Source: Candidatus Polarisedimenticolia bacterium
GTDB taxonomy: Bacteria; Acidobacteriota; Polarisedimenticolia; Gp22-AA2
Direction of reading: 5' to 3'
Assembly: GCA_036001465.1 (NCBI GenBank)
Contig: DASYUH010000046.1
Location: 19,993-83,992 of the forward strand
Length of the DNA: 64,000 nt
The notes under the pieces: model-generated
Told to the model about the DNA's origin: nothing
Seen by the model: only the letters and a program-made list of their open reading frames with translations
Databases searched by the model: none
Position numbers and translations under genes: made by a program
Part shown: positions 34,683 through 44,354 of the stretch, one piece after another
Position numbering within the stretch: the stretch's first letter is position 1
Layout of the letters: each line of letters starts with the position of its first letter

Positions 34683-35132
34683 CTAGGTTTTCCCGGCCTT
34701 TCGCCGGAGCGATCCGTAGCCGACGCCCTCGCCCGCCTCGCGGCTCTCGGGGTAGCCGAGCTCGCGCCAGCCGGGGGCCACCATGATGCCGAACGCGTCG
34801 GCCATGCCGTGGAAGCCGCCGAGGATCCATCTGACCTTGGGATAGCCGCTCTGGGTCAGGAGGTTCGCCGCCATCTCGGCGCGGGGGCCGGACCGGCAGC
34901 CGATCAGGATGAGCGTGTGCTCCGGCACCGCGGCGCGCACCACGTCCAGGAAATCGGGATTCGCCTCGAAGCGTTGCAGGAGCGGATTGGGGGCCCCTAC
35001 GGGGACGTTGATCGCCCCCTCCGGGTGCCCCTCGGCGAACTCCTCCTCGGTGCGCACGTCGAGGTAGACGGCGTCCTTCTCGTTCCGGAGCGCCTCCCTG
35101 GCCTGCTTGACGTCGATTCGTTCGGGTGCCAT
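34683..35132 (-). CDS. cytoplasmic single-domain rhodanese sulfurtransferase
   Basis: DAVYLDVRTEEEFAEGHPEGAINVP...LILIGCRSGPRAEMAANLL (CRSGPR active-site loop). ATG 35132 is preferred over 35402. Confidence 0.85.
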   Translation of the reverse strand: MAPERIDVKQAREALRNEKDAVYLDVRTEEEFAEGHPEGAINVPVGAPNPLLQRFEANPDFLDVVRAAVPEHTLILIGCRSGPRAEMAANLLTQSGYPKVRWILGGFHGMADAFGIMVAPGWRELGYPESREAGEGVGYGSLRRKAGKT

Positions 35133-35173
35133 CGGTCCTCTCCATGTGAATGGCCGTGTGCGGCCGATCCATT

Positions 35174-35908
35174 CTAGCCCGAAGCGGGATGCGCGTCCCG
35201 CCCGCGGGGGCCGGGAGGCCCCGGAACGAGCGCACGTGCCCTGCCGAAGACGGCATGCCACATCGGCCGCGTCAGGAGCCCGGTCTGGGTGTTCCGGCGG
35301 CTGGGATGGAAGGACGCGAGGAGGATCGTTCCGTCCGGGAGTCGCGTCTCGGCGCCGTGGGCGAAGCGCGGCCGCTCGGGCGCCCGCAGCCGGTCCCGCC
35401 ACCCGGACGCACCAAGGTATCCGTCGAAGGCGACCCGGCCGAGCGTGACGACCACCCGGACCTCCTGCAACAGGCGAATCTCGGCCTCGAGGTACGGACT
35501 GCAGTTCCGCAGCTCCTGGGGCGTCGGCTTGTTGCCGGGAGGGGCGCAGCGCGCGGCGGCGCTGACGTAGCAGTCGAGGAGCCGCAATCCATCGTGTCGC
35601 GACAACGATTCAGGCCGGCTGGCGAACCCGAAACGGTGCAGGGCCTCGTAGAGCCAGTCGCCGCTCGAGTCGCCGGTGAAGACGCGACCGGTGCGGTTGC
35701 CGCCATGCGCCGCGGGGGCCAGTCCGACGACGAGGAGCCGCGCCGCCCGGTCCCCGAAGCCGGGGACCGGCCGTCCCCAGTAGGTCCAGGAGCGGAATTC
35801 GCGCTTCCTGTCCCGGGCCACGCGTCGGCAGTAGTCGCGCAGTCGCGGGCAGAGCTCGCAGGCGACCACCGACCGCCTCACGGCGTCGAGGCTACTCAAG
35901 GTGGGCAT
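35174..35908 (-). CDS. uracil-DNA glycosylase, family 5 (UdgB-like)
   Basis: CELCPRL Fe-S Cys pattern, motif GLAPAAHGGNRTGRVFTGD (family 5 GLAPA rather than family 4 GEAPG), and C-terminal SFHPSRRNT. Confidence 0.8.
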   Translation of the reverse strand: MPTLSSLDAVRRSVVACELCPRLRDYCRRVARDRKREFRSWTYWGRPVPGFGDRAARLLVVGLAPAAHGGNRTGRVFTGDSSGDWLYEALHRFGFASRPESLSRHDGLRLLDCYVSAAARCAPPGNKPTPQELRNCSPYLEAEIRLLQEVRVVVTLGRVAFDGYLGASGWRDRLRAPERPRFAHGAETRLPDGTILLASFHPSRRNTQTGLLTRPMWHAVFGRARALVPGPPGPRGRDAHPASG

Positions 35909-35943
35909 CGGACTTGCATTATCCCCTGCAGGAGGAGGCGAAC

Positions 35944-36288
35944 ATGAGGAAACTCCTGCCGCTTTGGGTCCTGATCATCGGGATTGGGCTCGCCACGCCG
36001 GCCTTGGCCGGTCACCGTGGCCACTCCAGGGGACAGCGGATCGTCCGGGGCGGATATCACTCGCGGCCCGTGTACTACCGACCGCGCCTGGCCTACGACG
36101 CCAGCCTCTATTTCAGCCTCGGCCGCCCGGCGTTTGGCGTCGGGCTGTACACCCCGCCTCCGGTCTACTACTTCGGGCCCCCGTCCGTCTATTGCGACAT
36201 GGGATGCTATCGGCCTGTCTGGGTACCCGGTCACTACATCCGCGACCGGGGGGCCCGGATCTGGATCGCAGGCTACTGGGTCCGCTGA
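35944..36288 (+). CDS. small secreted Tyr/Pro/Gly-rich protein (YXWGXW-like C-terminus)
   Basis: GGAGGAGG RBS, signal peptide MRKLLPLWVLIIGIGLATPALA, C-terminal WVPGHYIRDRGARIWIAGYWVR. Confidence 0.6.
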   Translation: MRKLLPLWVLIIGIGLATPALAGHRGHSRGQRIVRGGYHSRPVYYRPRLAYDASLYFSLGRPAFGVGLYTPPPVYYFGPPSVYCDMGCYRPVWVPGHYIRDRGARIWIAGYWVR

Positions 36289-36301
36289 GCGTCCGGGAAC
36301 A

Positions 36302-36772
36302 TCACGCGGCGGCGATGGGGGGCGGAGCGGCCGGCAGGCGCGCGAACTTGTACCCCTCATAGACCGCGAAGCCGTAGAACAGCACGTCCATCGGGCTGAA
36401 CGTCTCCACGATCCAGCTGACCGCGACAGCGGGGGTCAGGCCGGCCAGAATGGTCATCAGCGACAGGTCCTGATCCCGGCTGACAAAGACGCACACCACC
36501 AGCAGGTTCCCGGCGACGCAGCCGACGAGAGACAGAACGGCGCCGAGGACCTGAAACGACGGGGCGGAACCCTTCCCGAACCGGCGCACGGCGAAGCCGA
36601 CCAGGAACCCGATGCCGACCGCCATCCAGCCGATCTTCAATCCGGTGAGGACGGTCACGAGCGCCCATGCCGCGGCCCCCGCCGCGGCGGCCAGAAGGCC
36701 GGCGAGAAGGGCCATCGGAAGGCTGTCCCCCTCGGGAGTCAGGGGAGTGAAAGTCTGCGGTTGCTCGCTCAC
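36302..36772 (-). CDS. small integral membrane protein (4 predicted TM helices)
   Basis: GTG 36772 overlaps the phosphatase stop (GTGA). Hydrophobic segments LLAGLLAAAAGAAAWALVTVL, IGWMAVGIGFLVGFAV, VLGAVLSLVGCVAGNLLVV, ILAGLTPAVAVSWIV. Confidence 0.6.
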   Translation of the reverse strand: MSEQPQTFTPLTPEGDSLPMALLAGLLAAAAGAAAWALVTVLTGLKIGWMAVGIGFLVGFAVRRFGKGSAPSFQVLGAVLSLVGCVAGNLLVVCVFVSRDQDLSLMTILAGLTPAVAVSWIVETFSPMDVLFYGFAVYEGYKFARLPAAPPPIAAA

Positions 36773-38445
36773 GAGACCCTCCTTTTCAGCACCACCAGGG
36801 TGGTGTCGTCCTGGCGCGGCGACGCGGCGGAATGCTGCTCGACAGCGGTCGTGGCCCGCCGCACGATCTCCTCGGGCTTCTCGCCGCGGCTTTCCCTGAC
36901 GATTCCGATGAGGCGCTCTTCGCCGAACTCCTCGTCGGCGGCGCTCCGTCCCTCGGTCGCGCCGTCCGAGAAACAGAGGACGAGGTCGCCGGGGGCCAGA
37001 TCCAGGGTCCGCGCCGTGTAGGCGGCGCCGGCGAAGAGGCCGAGAGGCGGCCCGGTGGCGATCAGCCGATCGATCGCCTCGCCGGCGCCGAGGCGGCAGG
37101 GGGGGTTCTGGCCGGCGTTGACGTACATGAGCGTGTGCGCCGCCGGATCGAGGACGCCGAAGAAGAACGTCACGAAGCGGTTGGCAGGCAGGCGCCGGCA
37201 CAGGATCTGATTGAGGCGGGAGATGGTGTCGTCCAGAGGCAGATCCATCTCGCACAGGGCATGGAGGCCGGCCTGGAACATGCACATCAGGAGAGCGGCC
37301 GGCAGCCCCTTGCCGGCGACGTCCCCCAACGCCACGGCGTAGCGCCCGCCGGGCAGCTCGATGTAGTCGAAGTAGTCCCCCCCGACCGCGCGGCACGGCA
37401 CGCTGCTGCCGAACACTTCGTAGCCGGGGATCGGCGGGCCCTGGGACGGCAGCAGGTGGTCCTGGATCTCCGCCGCCTTCTGCAGCTCCTGCTCCATCCT
37501 CTCGGCGGCGACCACCTGCTCGAACAGCCTGGCATTCTCGATCTTCACCGCCGCGACGTTCGCCAGGAACGACATCAGGCGCAGGTTCTCCTCCCGGAAC
37601 AGCCCGGCCCGGTGGCGGTTGTCCAGGTAGATGAGGCCGATCACGTCGCGATTGTTCCAGAGCGGGACGCACATCACCGAGCGGAGCTGCTGCGCCTCGA
37701 CGCTCTGGCCCAGGCGGAAGCGATCGTCGAGCTGCGCGTCGCTGGTCAGGATCGATTCCTTGTTCTGCAGGACGCGATCGGCGATCGTCCGGCTGACCGA
37801 GATGATCGCTCCCGACTCGTCGGGGGGGACGCGGATCACCTGGGGGACGAGCCGGTCCCCCTCGGTCAGCATCAGCAGGCCGCGCTCGAACGGCACCGCC
37901 CGGCGCGCCAGGTCCATGATGGTCTCGAGGATCTCCGGCAGGGGACGGTGAAAGACCAGCTCCTCGTTGGCCTCCTGGATGATGGCGGCGGCCGAACCCG
38001 AGGACATCGAGCCGGAGCGGAAGGGGACGGGAGTGGTCGAATCGAGCACCAGCGGCAGGTCGTTCATGTCGGGCGTGCGCAGCCCGGAGGCCGGCAGAAA
38101 GGTGGTCCCGGCTCCGTGCAGGAGCGGCCGGTCGATGAACTCGACGTTCGAAGGCACCCGGCCGTTGAAGACCAGGACGGTCGATCCGAGCCGCACGCGG
38201 TCGCCGGCCCCGAGCCGCACCGGATCGGTGATCCGCAGATCGTTGACGAAAGTGCCGTTCTTGCCGCCCGCGTCGACGATGTAGATGCCTTCGGCACGGC
38301 GGACCACCGCGGCGTGGTGCCGGGACACGTTCAGGTCCTGCAGCACGAGGTCGTTGCCGGAGGCGCGGCCGATGCGCAGGGTCTCGCCGTCGAGATCGCG
38401 GCGCGAGCTCGTCCCCTCCGGCGTGATGACGGTCAGGAAATCCAT
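36769..38445 (-). CDS. FHA - GAF - PP2C (SpoIIE-type) phosphatase
   Basis: FHA domain: LRIGRASGNDLVLQDLNVSRHHAAVV...DAGGKNGTFVND. A central GAF-like region follows. PP2C: GGDYFDY...ALGDVAGKGLPAALLM...SDGATEG...DDTTLVVLK. Confidence 0.9.
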   Translation of the reverse strand: MDFLTVITPEGTSSRRDLDGETLRIGRASGNDLVLQDLNVSRHHAAVVRRAEGIYIVDAGGKNGTFVNDLRITDPVRLGAGDRVRLGSTVLVFNGRVPSNVEFIDRPLLHGAGTTFLPASGLRTPDMNDLPLVLDSTTPVPFRSGSMSSGSAAAIIQEANEELVFHRPLPEILETIMDLARRAVPFERGLLMLTEGDRLVPQVIRVPPDESGAIISVSRTIADRVLQNKESILTSDAQLDDRFRLGQSVEAQQLRSVMCVPLWNNRDVIGLIYLDNRHRAGLFREENLRLMSFLANVAAVKIENARLFEQVVAAERMEQELQKAAEIQDHLLPSQGPPIPGYEVFGSSVPCRAVGGDYFDYIELPGGRYAVALGDVAGKGLPAALLMCMFQAGLHALCEMDLPLDDTISRLNQILCRRLPANRFVTFFFGVLDPAAHTLMYVNAGQNPPCRLGAGEAIDRLIATGPPLGLFAGAAYTARTLDLAPGDLVLCFSDGATEGRSAADEEFGEERLIGIVRESRGEKPEEIVRRATTAVEQHSAASPRQDDTTLVVLKRRVS

Positions 38446-38464
38446 TGCAGGGCCCCGCGAGGGT

Positions 38465-38510
38465 GGGGGTCCGGCGGACCGGCCGCGTGGCCGTGTGGCG
38501 CCGGACCCCC
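38465..38510. terminator. GC-rich hairpin between two same-strand genes
   Basis: GGGGGTCCGGCG-22 nt-CGCCGGACCCCC, a 12-bp stem. No U-tract, so function is uncertain. Confidence 0.3.
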
Positions 38511-38520
38511 CCGATCGTCC

Positions 38521-40587
38521 TTACTTGATCGAAATGAGCACGTCGTGCTCGGAGCCGTCGTCGAGATGCGTCCTGATGATGTAGCTGGCGTTCCGCTGCA
38601 GCAACGACGCATCCAGATTATAGATGTACTGGTGGGATGAGGGGTCAAATCTGAACAGGTTGCCGGTGTTGGCGCTCCCGACGCTGCTCACGGCGACCTC
38701 TTCGTCTCCGACGATCCCGACCCCGTGGAATAGGACGTCAATCGTGGCCACGGCATTGTCCACGAAGGCGCCGGAGCAGTCCCGAAGCTGGAACTTGACC
38801 GGAATCGCGCCTCGCTTCTTCACGAAGACGGTCGAGCCATCCGGGTTGATTGGCGGGAGGTAGTCGCTGAAGACGTAGGTCCCGTCCACCCGTCCGTCGC
38901 AGTCGTCGTCGATGTGGTTGCAGGCGACTTCGTCGACCGGCAGGACCGTCTGCCGGCAGCTCAAGGGCAGCGTCGTGCACGACGTCATCCCCTGCCGGCA
39001 GGCGCCCAGGAGGCCCGGAGCGGGGCAGGGAATTCCCGGAGGGTCGTCCTCGTCGACCTGGTGGTCGCAATTGTCGTCGAGACCGTTGCACACCTCGCGC
39101 GCGTCCGGGAAGATGTCGTCGAACTGATCGTTGCAGTCCACGTCCAGGCTGCTGGCCGCGCACAGGCTGAAGCCGTCGCCGTCCGCGTCCGGGCCTTCCG
39201 ACCCCGCCGGCAGCCCGCCGCAGAATTCGAGCCGGGCCGCCTCGCTCTGAATGGCGCAGGCCACCTTGACGGGTGACCACGCCACCGAGCCTCCCACGCG
39301 CGTGGGGTCCGGCGTGACCGTGGCGATCTGTTCCACGAACTTGGTGACGTCGTTGAAGGCCGGGAAGAACAGCTCGCCGCCGACGATCTCCGAGTGAGAG
39401 AACAGCATCCTCAGGTTCAGATTGAAATCCCCGTCCTTCTTCAGGACCATCTCGGTCTGCCCGCCGATCGGCGAGTCGATCGTAAGGACCTGGCAGGGGG
39501 ACTGCTCGCCGGGGGCCGACGGCGCGTAACCCGGCGGAAACTCCGGCTCGTTCCCGCCCGGCGGGTTGGCGCTGCACACGGACGTGCCGGCCGGCGTATT
39601 CTCGCCGTTGCTGATGGCCAGGAGCAGTCCGCCGTCTTGACAGATGGTCTGGTTCTCCGTCGGGCCGGGGCCGAGCGCGCGGAAGCTCGCCGACACGGTG
39701 CAGGAGTTCTCGCCTCCGTCGGTGGCGATCACGCGCCCCTGCGCGTCGAGGGAGGGATCGGCCTGAGTCACGCGGAAGGTGACAAAACGCGCCCCGGGAT
39801 CGAAGGGCGCGACGGTCAGGCTCAGATTGCTCGATCCCTCGTCCAGGAACACGCGCTGGATGCCGGATTCGAATACGCCGATTTCGGCGGCCGACCCGTT
39901 GATGCCGGGGACCCCTTCCTCTTCCGCGGGCGCGCCGTGGCACTCGGGAGGGTTCGTGTCTCCCTCCCGTATGGCCAGATACCGGAGATCGTCGATTCCG
40001 AACTCCTCGAACCCGCCACCCTGGAGTCCCGACGTGATGATCACCCTCAGGATCGGGACGTTGGACGTCGCTCCGAAAAAGACGGGAGTGAGTTCGCTCT
40101 CCGATGTGTTCGAGAGCGGGAACGTCGCGCTCCCTTCGTTGGGGAGCTCGAGCCTCACGGAAGCGGGAGTGCCATTGGGATCGTAATCGGTGAGATAGAA
40201 CGAGAAGGCCGAAATGGACGGGGCGAAATCGAGGACCATGATCTGGAGGGATTCGCCCGGCGATTCCGAAAGGTACCCGCCGCCGAGGACGTTCGGCCGG
40301 CTGGTTGCTCCCGGGTCGTCCAGGACCTGAATGGGGTAGTAGGCGCCCGAGTCCTGATGGGGCGATGAAAAGACGACCCCCGAAATCTGGTCGTTGATCT
40401 GAGTTCCCGTTGCGAACTGATCGAAGGTCTCGTGCCGGGCGGAAGCCTCACCGAGAGCCTCGAGGAAGGACGCTTCGTCGGCGTACGTGGTAACGGCCGC
40501 GTTGGCGTACGAAGCCCCGGCGGCCAGCCAGGCGGCCAGGATCAGGTCGAAGACGGCGACTCGCACAGGATTCGATGTTGCGTACAT
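38521..40587 (-). CDS. large secreted protein with two MopE-like CNGxDDxC motifs and a C-terminal Ig-like domain
   Basis: Signal peptide MYATSNPVRVAVFDLILAAWLAAGASYANA; EVCNGLDDNCDHQVDEDD and EVACNHIDDDCDGRVDG. ATG 40587 with a GGAGAGGGGGA RBS. Confidence 0.75.
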   Translation of the reverse strand: MYATSNPVRVAVFDLILAAWLAAGASYANAAVTTYADEASFLEALGEASARHETFDQFATGTQINDQISGVVFSSPHQDSGAYYPIQVLDDPGATSRPNVLGGGYLSESPGESLQIMVLDFAPSISAFSFYLTDYDPNGTPASVRLELPNEGSATFPLSNTSESELTPVFFGATSNVPILRVIITSGLQGGGFEEFGIDDLRYLAIREGDTNPPECHGAPAEEEGVPGINGSAAEIGVFESGIQRVFLDEGSSNLSLTVAPFDPGARFVTFRVTQADPSLDAQGRVIATDGGENSCTVSASFRALGPGPTENQTICQDGGLLLAISNGENTPAGTSVCSANPPGGNEPEFPPGYAPSAPGEQSPCQVLTIDSPIGGQTEMVLKKDGDFNLNLRMLFSHSEIVGGELFFPAFNDVTKFVEQIATVTPDPTRVGGSVAWSPVKVACAIQSEAARLEFCGGLPAGSEGPDADGDGFSLCAASSLDVDCNDQFDDIFPDAREVCNGLDDNCDHQVDEDDPPGIPCPAPGLLGACRQGMTSCTTLPLSCRQTVLPVDEVACNHIDDDCDGRVDGTYVFSDYLPPINPDGSTVFVKKRGAIPVKFQLRDCSGAFVDNAVATIDVLFHGVGIVGDEEVAVSSVGSANTGNLFRFDPSSHQYIYNLDASLLQRNASYIIRTHLDDGSEHDVLISIK

Positions 40588-40709
40588 CAGCTTTCCCCCT
40601 CTCCGGAATGCTTGAAAGCGCACATCTGGTGCGGCTTTTCCACAGTCTGCGTCCTCAAATATCTCGGATAGATGACCGTTGTCAACAGGAATCGGGGGAG
40701 CGGCGGATC

Positions 40710-43700
40710 TCAGAGGCTCAGGAGGGTGCGGAGCCGATCCGCGTCCTGGTTCCGGTTCGCATGCTGAAACAGGGCCCCCGCGTCCTTGGCGAACGCCGCC
40801 GTGATCGGCCGGTTCAGGAACTGCCGCAGATCGGCTCCGGTCAGCCCATGGCGCATTTCCGCGAGGTACCCCAGCGATGTGCTGAACCTGTCGGCGGCAG
40901 CTGCGGCCCGGCCCTGTGCCTGCAAGGACCTGCCGCTCAGGTGGCAGGCCTGGAACAGGACGTCCCGCAACCGCATCGGTGCGGCGATCTTCAGCGCCTG
41001 TTCTGCCTGCAGGCCCGCCTCCTTCGCGCGCCCCGCGGCCACGTGGACCCGGGCGAGGGCCAGGTGTGCGGCCGCCTCGATCGGCGCCAGGCCGGACGCG
41101 GAAGCCCTGCTGGCGACGCCCTCCAGATCACGCACGGACTCGGCGGCCTCCGCCTCCTGCAATCTGGAGAGCAGGACGAGGCGCTGATCGTGCGACGCGA
41201 TCGCCCGGGTGACGGCCTCCTTCGAGACGGGCAGGGCCCGGCTCTTCTGGCCGCGGAGGAGCAGGAGCGCCGCCTGGTTGATCAGGGCCTCCGCCTGGAG
41301 CGGGGCGTTGTTCATCTCCTGGCCCAGTCGCAATCCCTCCTGCAGCGCCGTGGCGGCGCCGTCAAAATCGCCGAGGTGTCGCCGGATGCTCCCGAGATAG
41401 ATCAGGCAGGTGGACTGCTGGGCCTTGTCGCTGATCTCCTGAGCCAGCTTCTGCGCGTCGGCCAGGAGCGACAGGGCGGGACCATACTCACCCTGGTCCT
41501 CGTGGATATTGGACAGATTGGCCGACAGCACGAGAATCTCCACCTTGTCATCGACTTCGCGGGCGAGCGTCAGCCCTTCCGTCTCGTATCGGACCGCTTC
41601 CTCGTACCGCCCTTGCACCTGCTCGAGGAAGCCGAGGTCGATGAGCGATCGCACGATTTCGACCTTGTCTCCGATCTCGCGGCGCTTGGCCAGCGCCTCC
41701 TTGAGAAAGAAAAACGCTTCGACATAGTGGCCCAAGACGGCGTTGATATACCCGACATTCCCGAGGCTGCGGGACAGATTGGCGGGATCGTCGATCTCGC
41801 GGACGATTTTCAGGCTCTCCTGGTAGGAGCTCAGGGCCTCCTCGGGCCGGCCGGCGATCTGGTACAGGTCGCCCAGGTTCGAGTAGCCGAGCGCCATCCC
41901 CTCGCGATAACCGATCTCCCGGCTGATCGCCACGCCCTCGACGGTCGACTTGATCCCCTCGTCGTGCCGTCCCAGGTCGCGCTGGATCATCCCCAGGTTG
42001 TAGAGGGTCATTGCGGTACCCCGGCGATCGCCGATGCGCTGCCTGATCTCGAGCGCCGCCTGGTAGTTCTTGAAGGCCTCCTCGTGCCGGCCCAGCGTTC
42101 TGTAAGCGTTGCCCAGGCCGTTGAGGACCGCTGCACGGCCCTCCTGGTTGCCGGTCTCCGTGTGCAGCGCCAGGGCGGCGTTGAAATCCTGCAGCGCCTC
42201 GGCGGGTTTCCCCAGCTTGAAGCGCACGCGCCCCAGGGCGTAATGAGCGCTCGAGTACTTCGGATCAAGGGCGACGACGCGGAGGAGCGATTTCAAGGCG
42301 CCTTCGAGGTCGCCCGCGCCCTCCTGAATCGCCGCGAGGTCGGAGAATGCTTCGGCGCTGTTCGGGGCGATCTCGCACAGGTCCCGGTATGCCTTCAGCG
42401 CCTCGTCCGTCTTCCCGCCAAGTCGCGCCTGGACGCCGCGGATGCGCGCGGCCTCGTAAGGGGAGGCCGATCCGAGCCCCGCGATGGCCTTCCCCGCCTC
42501 GGCCACCGCCTTGTCGGAATAGCCGAGCCGGTCGTACGTCTCGGCCAGGAGGGCCTGCGCCACGTGGAACTGCGGATCCTTCTGCAGCGCGTCCTCCAGT
42601 CGCTTCGCCGCGTCGATATCTTTGCCGGCCCGGCCAAGCGCCACGCCTTCGCTGTACAGCGACAGCGCCTCGACCGAGTGCGTGGAGAGCTCGGTCGCGC
42701 CGCGCCGCCGTTCCAGGACCCCCCTCGCGACCCCCAGTTGCTCCCGGACGCGCCGGGTGAGGTCGTCCACCATCGCGAAGATCGCCCGATCCCCCTCGCC
42801 GTCCACCACGATGGAGGTCGTCCCGGAAGTTCCGGCGACCGCGTCCCCGGGAGACCGAGAAGCCCCGGCCACGCGCAGGCTGGCGTCGATCCGGAGACGG
42901 TCGGCGATGCGCACGAGCCGTCCGGCCAGGACGTTCTCGGCGCCGAGCAGCCCGGCGATCCGGAGCGTGCTGGCGGGGGAGGGCTCGACGTTTTCGGGGA
43001 GCTTGAGGACCGCGAGGATTTCCTGGGTCCGGCTCTCGCCCACCAGCCGGAGCGCCTTCGCCTCGATCAGCTCCGTGCGGAGGAGGCTCGGCAGGCCCGT
43101 GCGCACCCAGTCGTACGCCGGGTCACCGGTGGCGTTCTGAAACGGCAGCAGGACCAGCGAGGCCCGGGGCGCCGGCGGGGCCGATGAGCCCCACGGCGGC
43201 CAGGGAATGTGAGGCAGGACGGCCGCCACGATCGCCGCGGCCGCGAGCGCGGCCGCAGGGACGAGGTAACGCGGCCGGGCGAACCGCTTCCACGAGCGCG
43301 AGGCGCGCTGCCTTTCGAGATCGCGCAGGAGATCCCCGGCGCTCTGGTAGCGATCCTCCGGCTTCCGCTGGAGCGTCCGCGCCACGATCGCCGACAGCCA
43401 CGGAGGCAGCTCGGGCCGCGACAGCCGCACGGTCGGCGCGTCCTCGTGCAGCCGCTTCATCATGACCGACAGGACGTTCGAGGCCCGGAACGGCAGGGTT
43501 CCGGTGAACATCTCGTAGAGAATGACGCCGAAGGAATAGAGATCGCCGCGGTGGTCGGGCGTCTCCCCGCGGGCCTGCTCGGGGGACATGTAGTCGACCG
43601 TGCCTAGGATGGCGCCGGTCTCGGTCATGGTCCCGCCCTCGGCCAGGGAGCGCGAGATCCCGAAGTCGGCGATATAGGCGTTGCCGTCCCGGTCGATCAG

Positions 43701-44285
43701 GATGTTCTGGGGCTTCAGATCGCGGTGCACGATGCCGGCGTCGTGCGCCGCCTGGAGCGCATCGCCGATCTGCCGGGCGAGGGCGAGGCCGCGGTCGAGC
43801 GGCAGCGGCCCCTCCTGCTCGAGGAGCGCTTTGAGATTGGCCCCCTCGATGTACTGCATCGAGATGAACCGGATGTCGCCCGCTTCGCCGAGGTCGTGGA
43901 TGCGCAGGACGTTCCGGTGGGTCACCTGGCTGGCGAGCAGAATCTCGCGCTTGAAGCGCTCGAGGACCTCGGGGCGCGACGCCATCTCGGGCCGGATCAC
44001 CTTGAGCGCGACGAGGCGGCCCAGCTCCCGATCCTGGGCCTTGTAGACCGTCCCCATGCCCCCTTCGCCGAGGACGGAAAGAATCTCGTAACGGGTCCCG
44101 AGGAGGGTGCCGGGGGACAGCCGGGACAGGGAGCCGCCGCCGGGAGATCCCGTGAAGGGACCACCCGTCGTGGTTCGCTGGAAGGGACCGGAGGTCATCG
44201 TGCGCTCGCCCGCGAGACTCGCTCCGCAGGCCGCACACTCGCCGGCCCCATCCGGGTTGGGCTGGGCGCAGTGGGGGCAAGTCAT
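40710..44285 (-). CDS. Ser/Thr protein kinase: N-terminal zinc ribbon, Hanks kinase domain, TM helix, periplasmic/TolB-N-like segment, long TPR array
   Basis: CPHCAQPN...CAACG; GEGGMGTVYKA, VALKVI, HRDLKPQNILI, DFGISR, MSPEQ; TM YLVPAAALAAAAIVAAVL; more than 15 TPR-like repeats (...ALNGLGNAY..., ...TLYNLGMIQ..., ...GYSNLGDLY...). Confidence 0.9.
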   Translation of the reverse strand: MTCPHCAQPNPDGAGECAACGASLAGERTMTSGPFQRTTTGGPFTGSPGGGSLSRLSPGTLLGTRYEILSVLGEGGMGTVYKAQDRELGRLVALKVIRPEMASRPEVLERFKREILLASQVTHRNVLRIHDLGEAGDIRFISMQYIEGANLKALLEQEGPLPLDRGLALARQIGDALQAAHDAGIVHRDLKPQNILIDRDGNAYIADFGISRSLAEGGTMTETGAILGTVDYMSPEQARGETPDHRGDLYSFGVILYEMFTGTLPFRASNVLSVMMKRLHEDAPTVRLSRPELPPWLSAIVARTLQRKPEDRYQSAGDLLRDLERQRASRSWKRFARPRYLVPAAALAAAAIVAAVLPHIPWPPWGSSAPPAPRASLVLLPFQNATGDPAYDWVRTGLPSLLRTELIEAKALRLVGESRTQEILAVLKLPENVEPSPASTLRIAGLLGAENVLAGRLVRIADRLRIDASLRVAGASRSPGDAVAGTSGTTSIVVDGEGDRAIFAMVDDLTRRVREQLGVARGVLERRRGATELSTHSVEALSLYSEGVALGRAGKDIDAAKRLEDALQKDPQFHVAQALLAETYDRLGYSDKAVAEAGKAIAGLGSASPYEAARIRGVQARLGGKTDEALKAYRDLCEIAPNSAEAFSDLAAIQEGAGDLEGALKSLLRVVALDPKYSSAHYALGRVRFKLGKPAEALQDFNAALALHTETGNQEGRAAVLNGLGNAYRTLGRHEEAFKNYQAALEIRQRIGDRRGTAMTLYNLGMIQRDLGRHDEGIKSTVEGVAISREIGYREGMALGYSNLGDLYQIAGRPEEALSSYQESLKIVREIDDPANLSRSLGNVGYINAVLGHYVEAFFFLKEALAKRREIGDKVEIVRSLIDLGFLEQVQGRYEEAVRYETEGLTLAREVDDKVEILVLSANLSNIHEDQGEYGPALSLLADAQKLAQEISDKAQQSTCLIYLGSIRRHLGDFDGAATALQEGLRLGQEMNNAPLQAEALINQAALLLLRGQKSRALPVSKEAVTRAIASHDQRLVLLSRLQEAEAAESVRDLEGVASRASASGLAPIEAAAHLALARVHVAAGRAKEAGLQAEQALKIAAPMRLRDVLFQACHLSGRSLQAQGRAAAAADRFSTSLGYLAEMRHGLTGADLRQFLNRPITAAFAKDAGALFQHANRNQDADRLRTLLSL

Positions 44286-44354
44286 AGAAGCGTCTCATCG
44301 TAGCACGGCGGGGCGCCGGCCCCCTAGTCGGACGGGCTCCCGCCGTACGGAGGT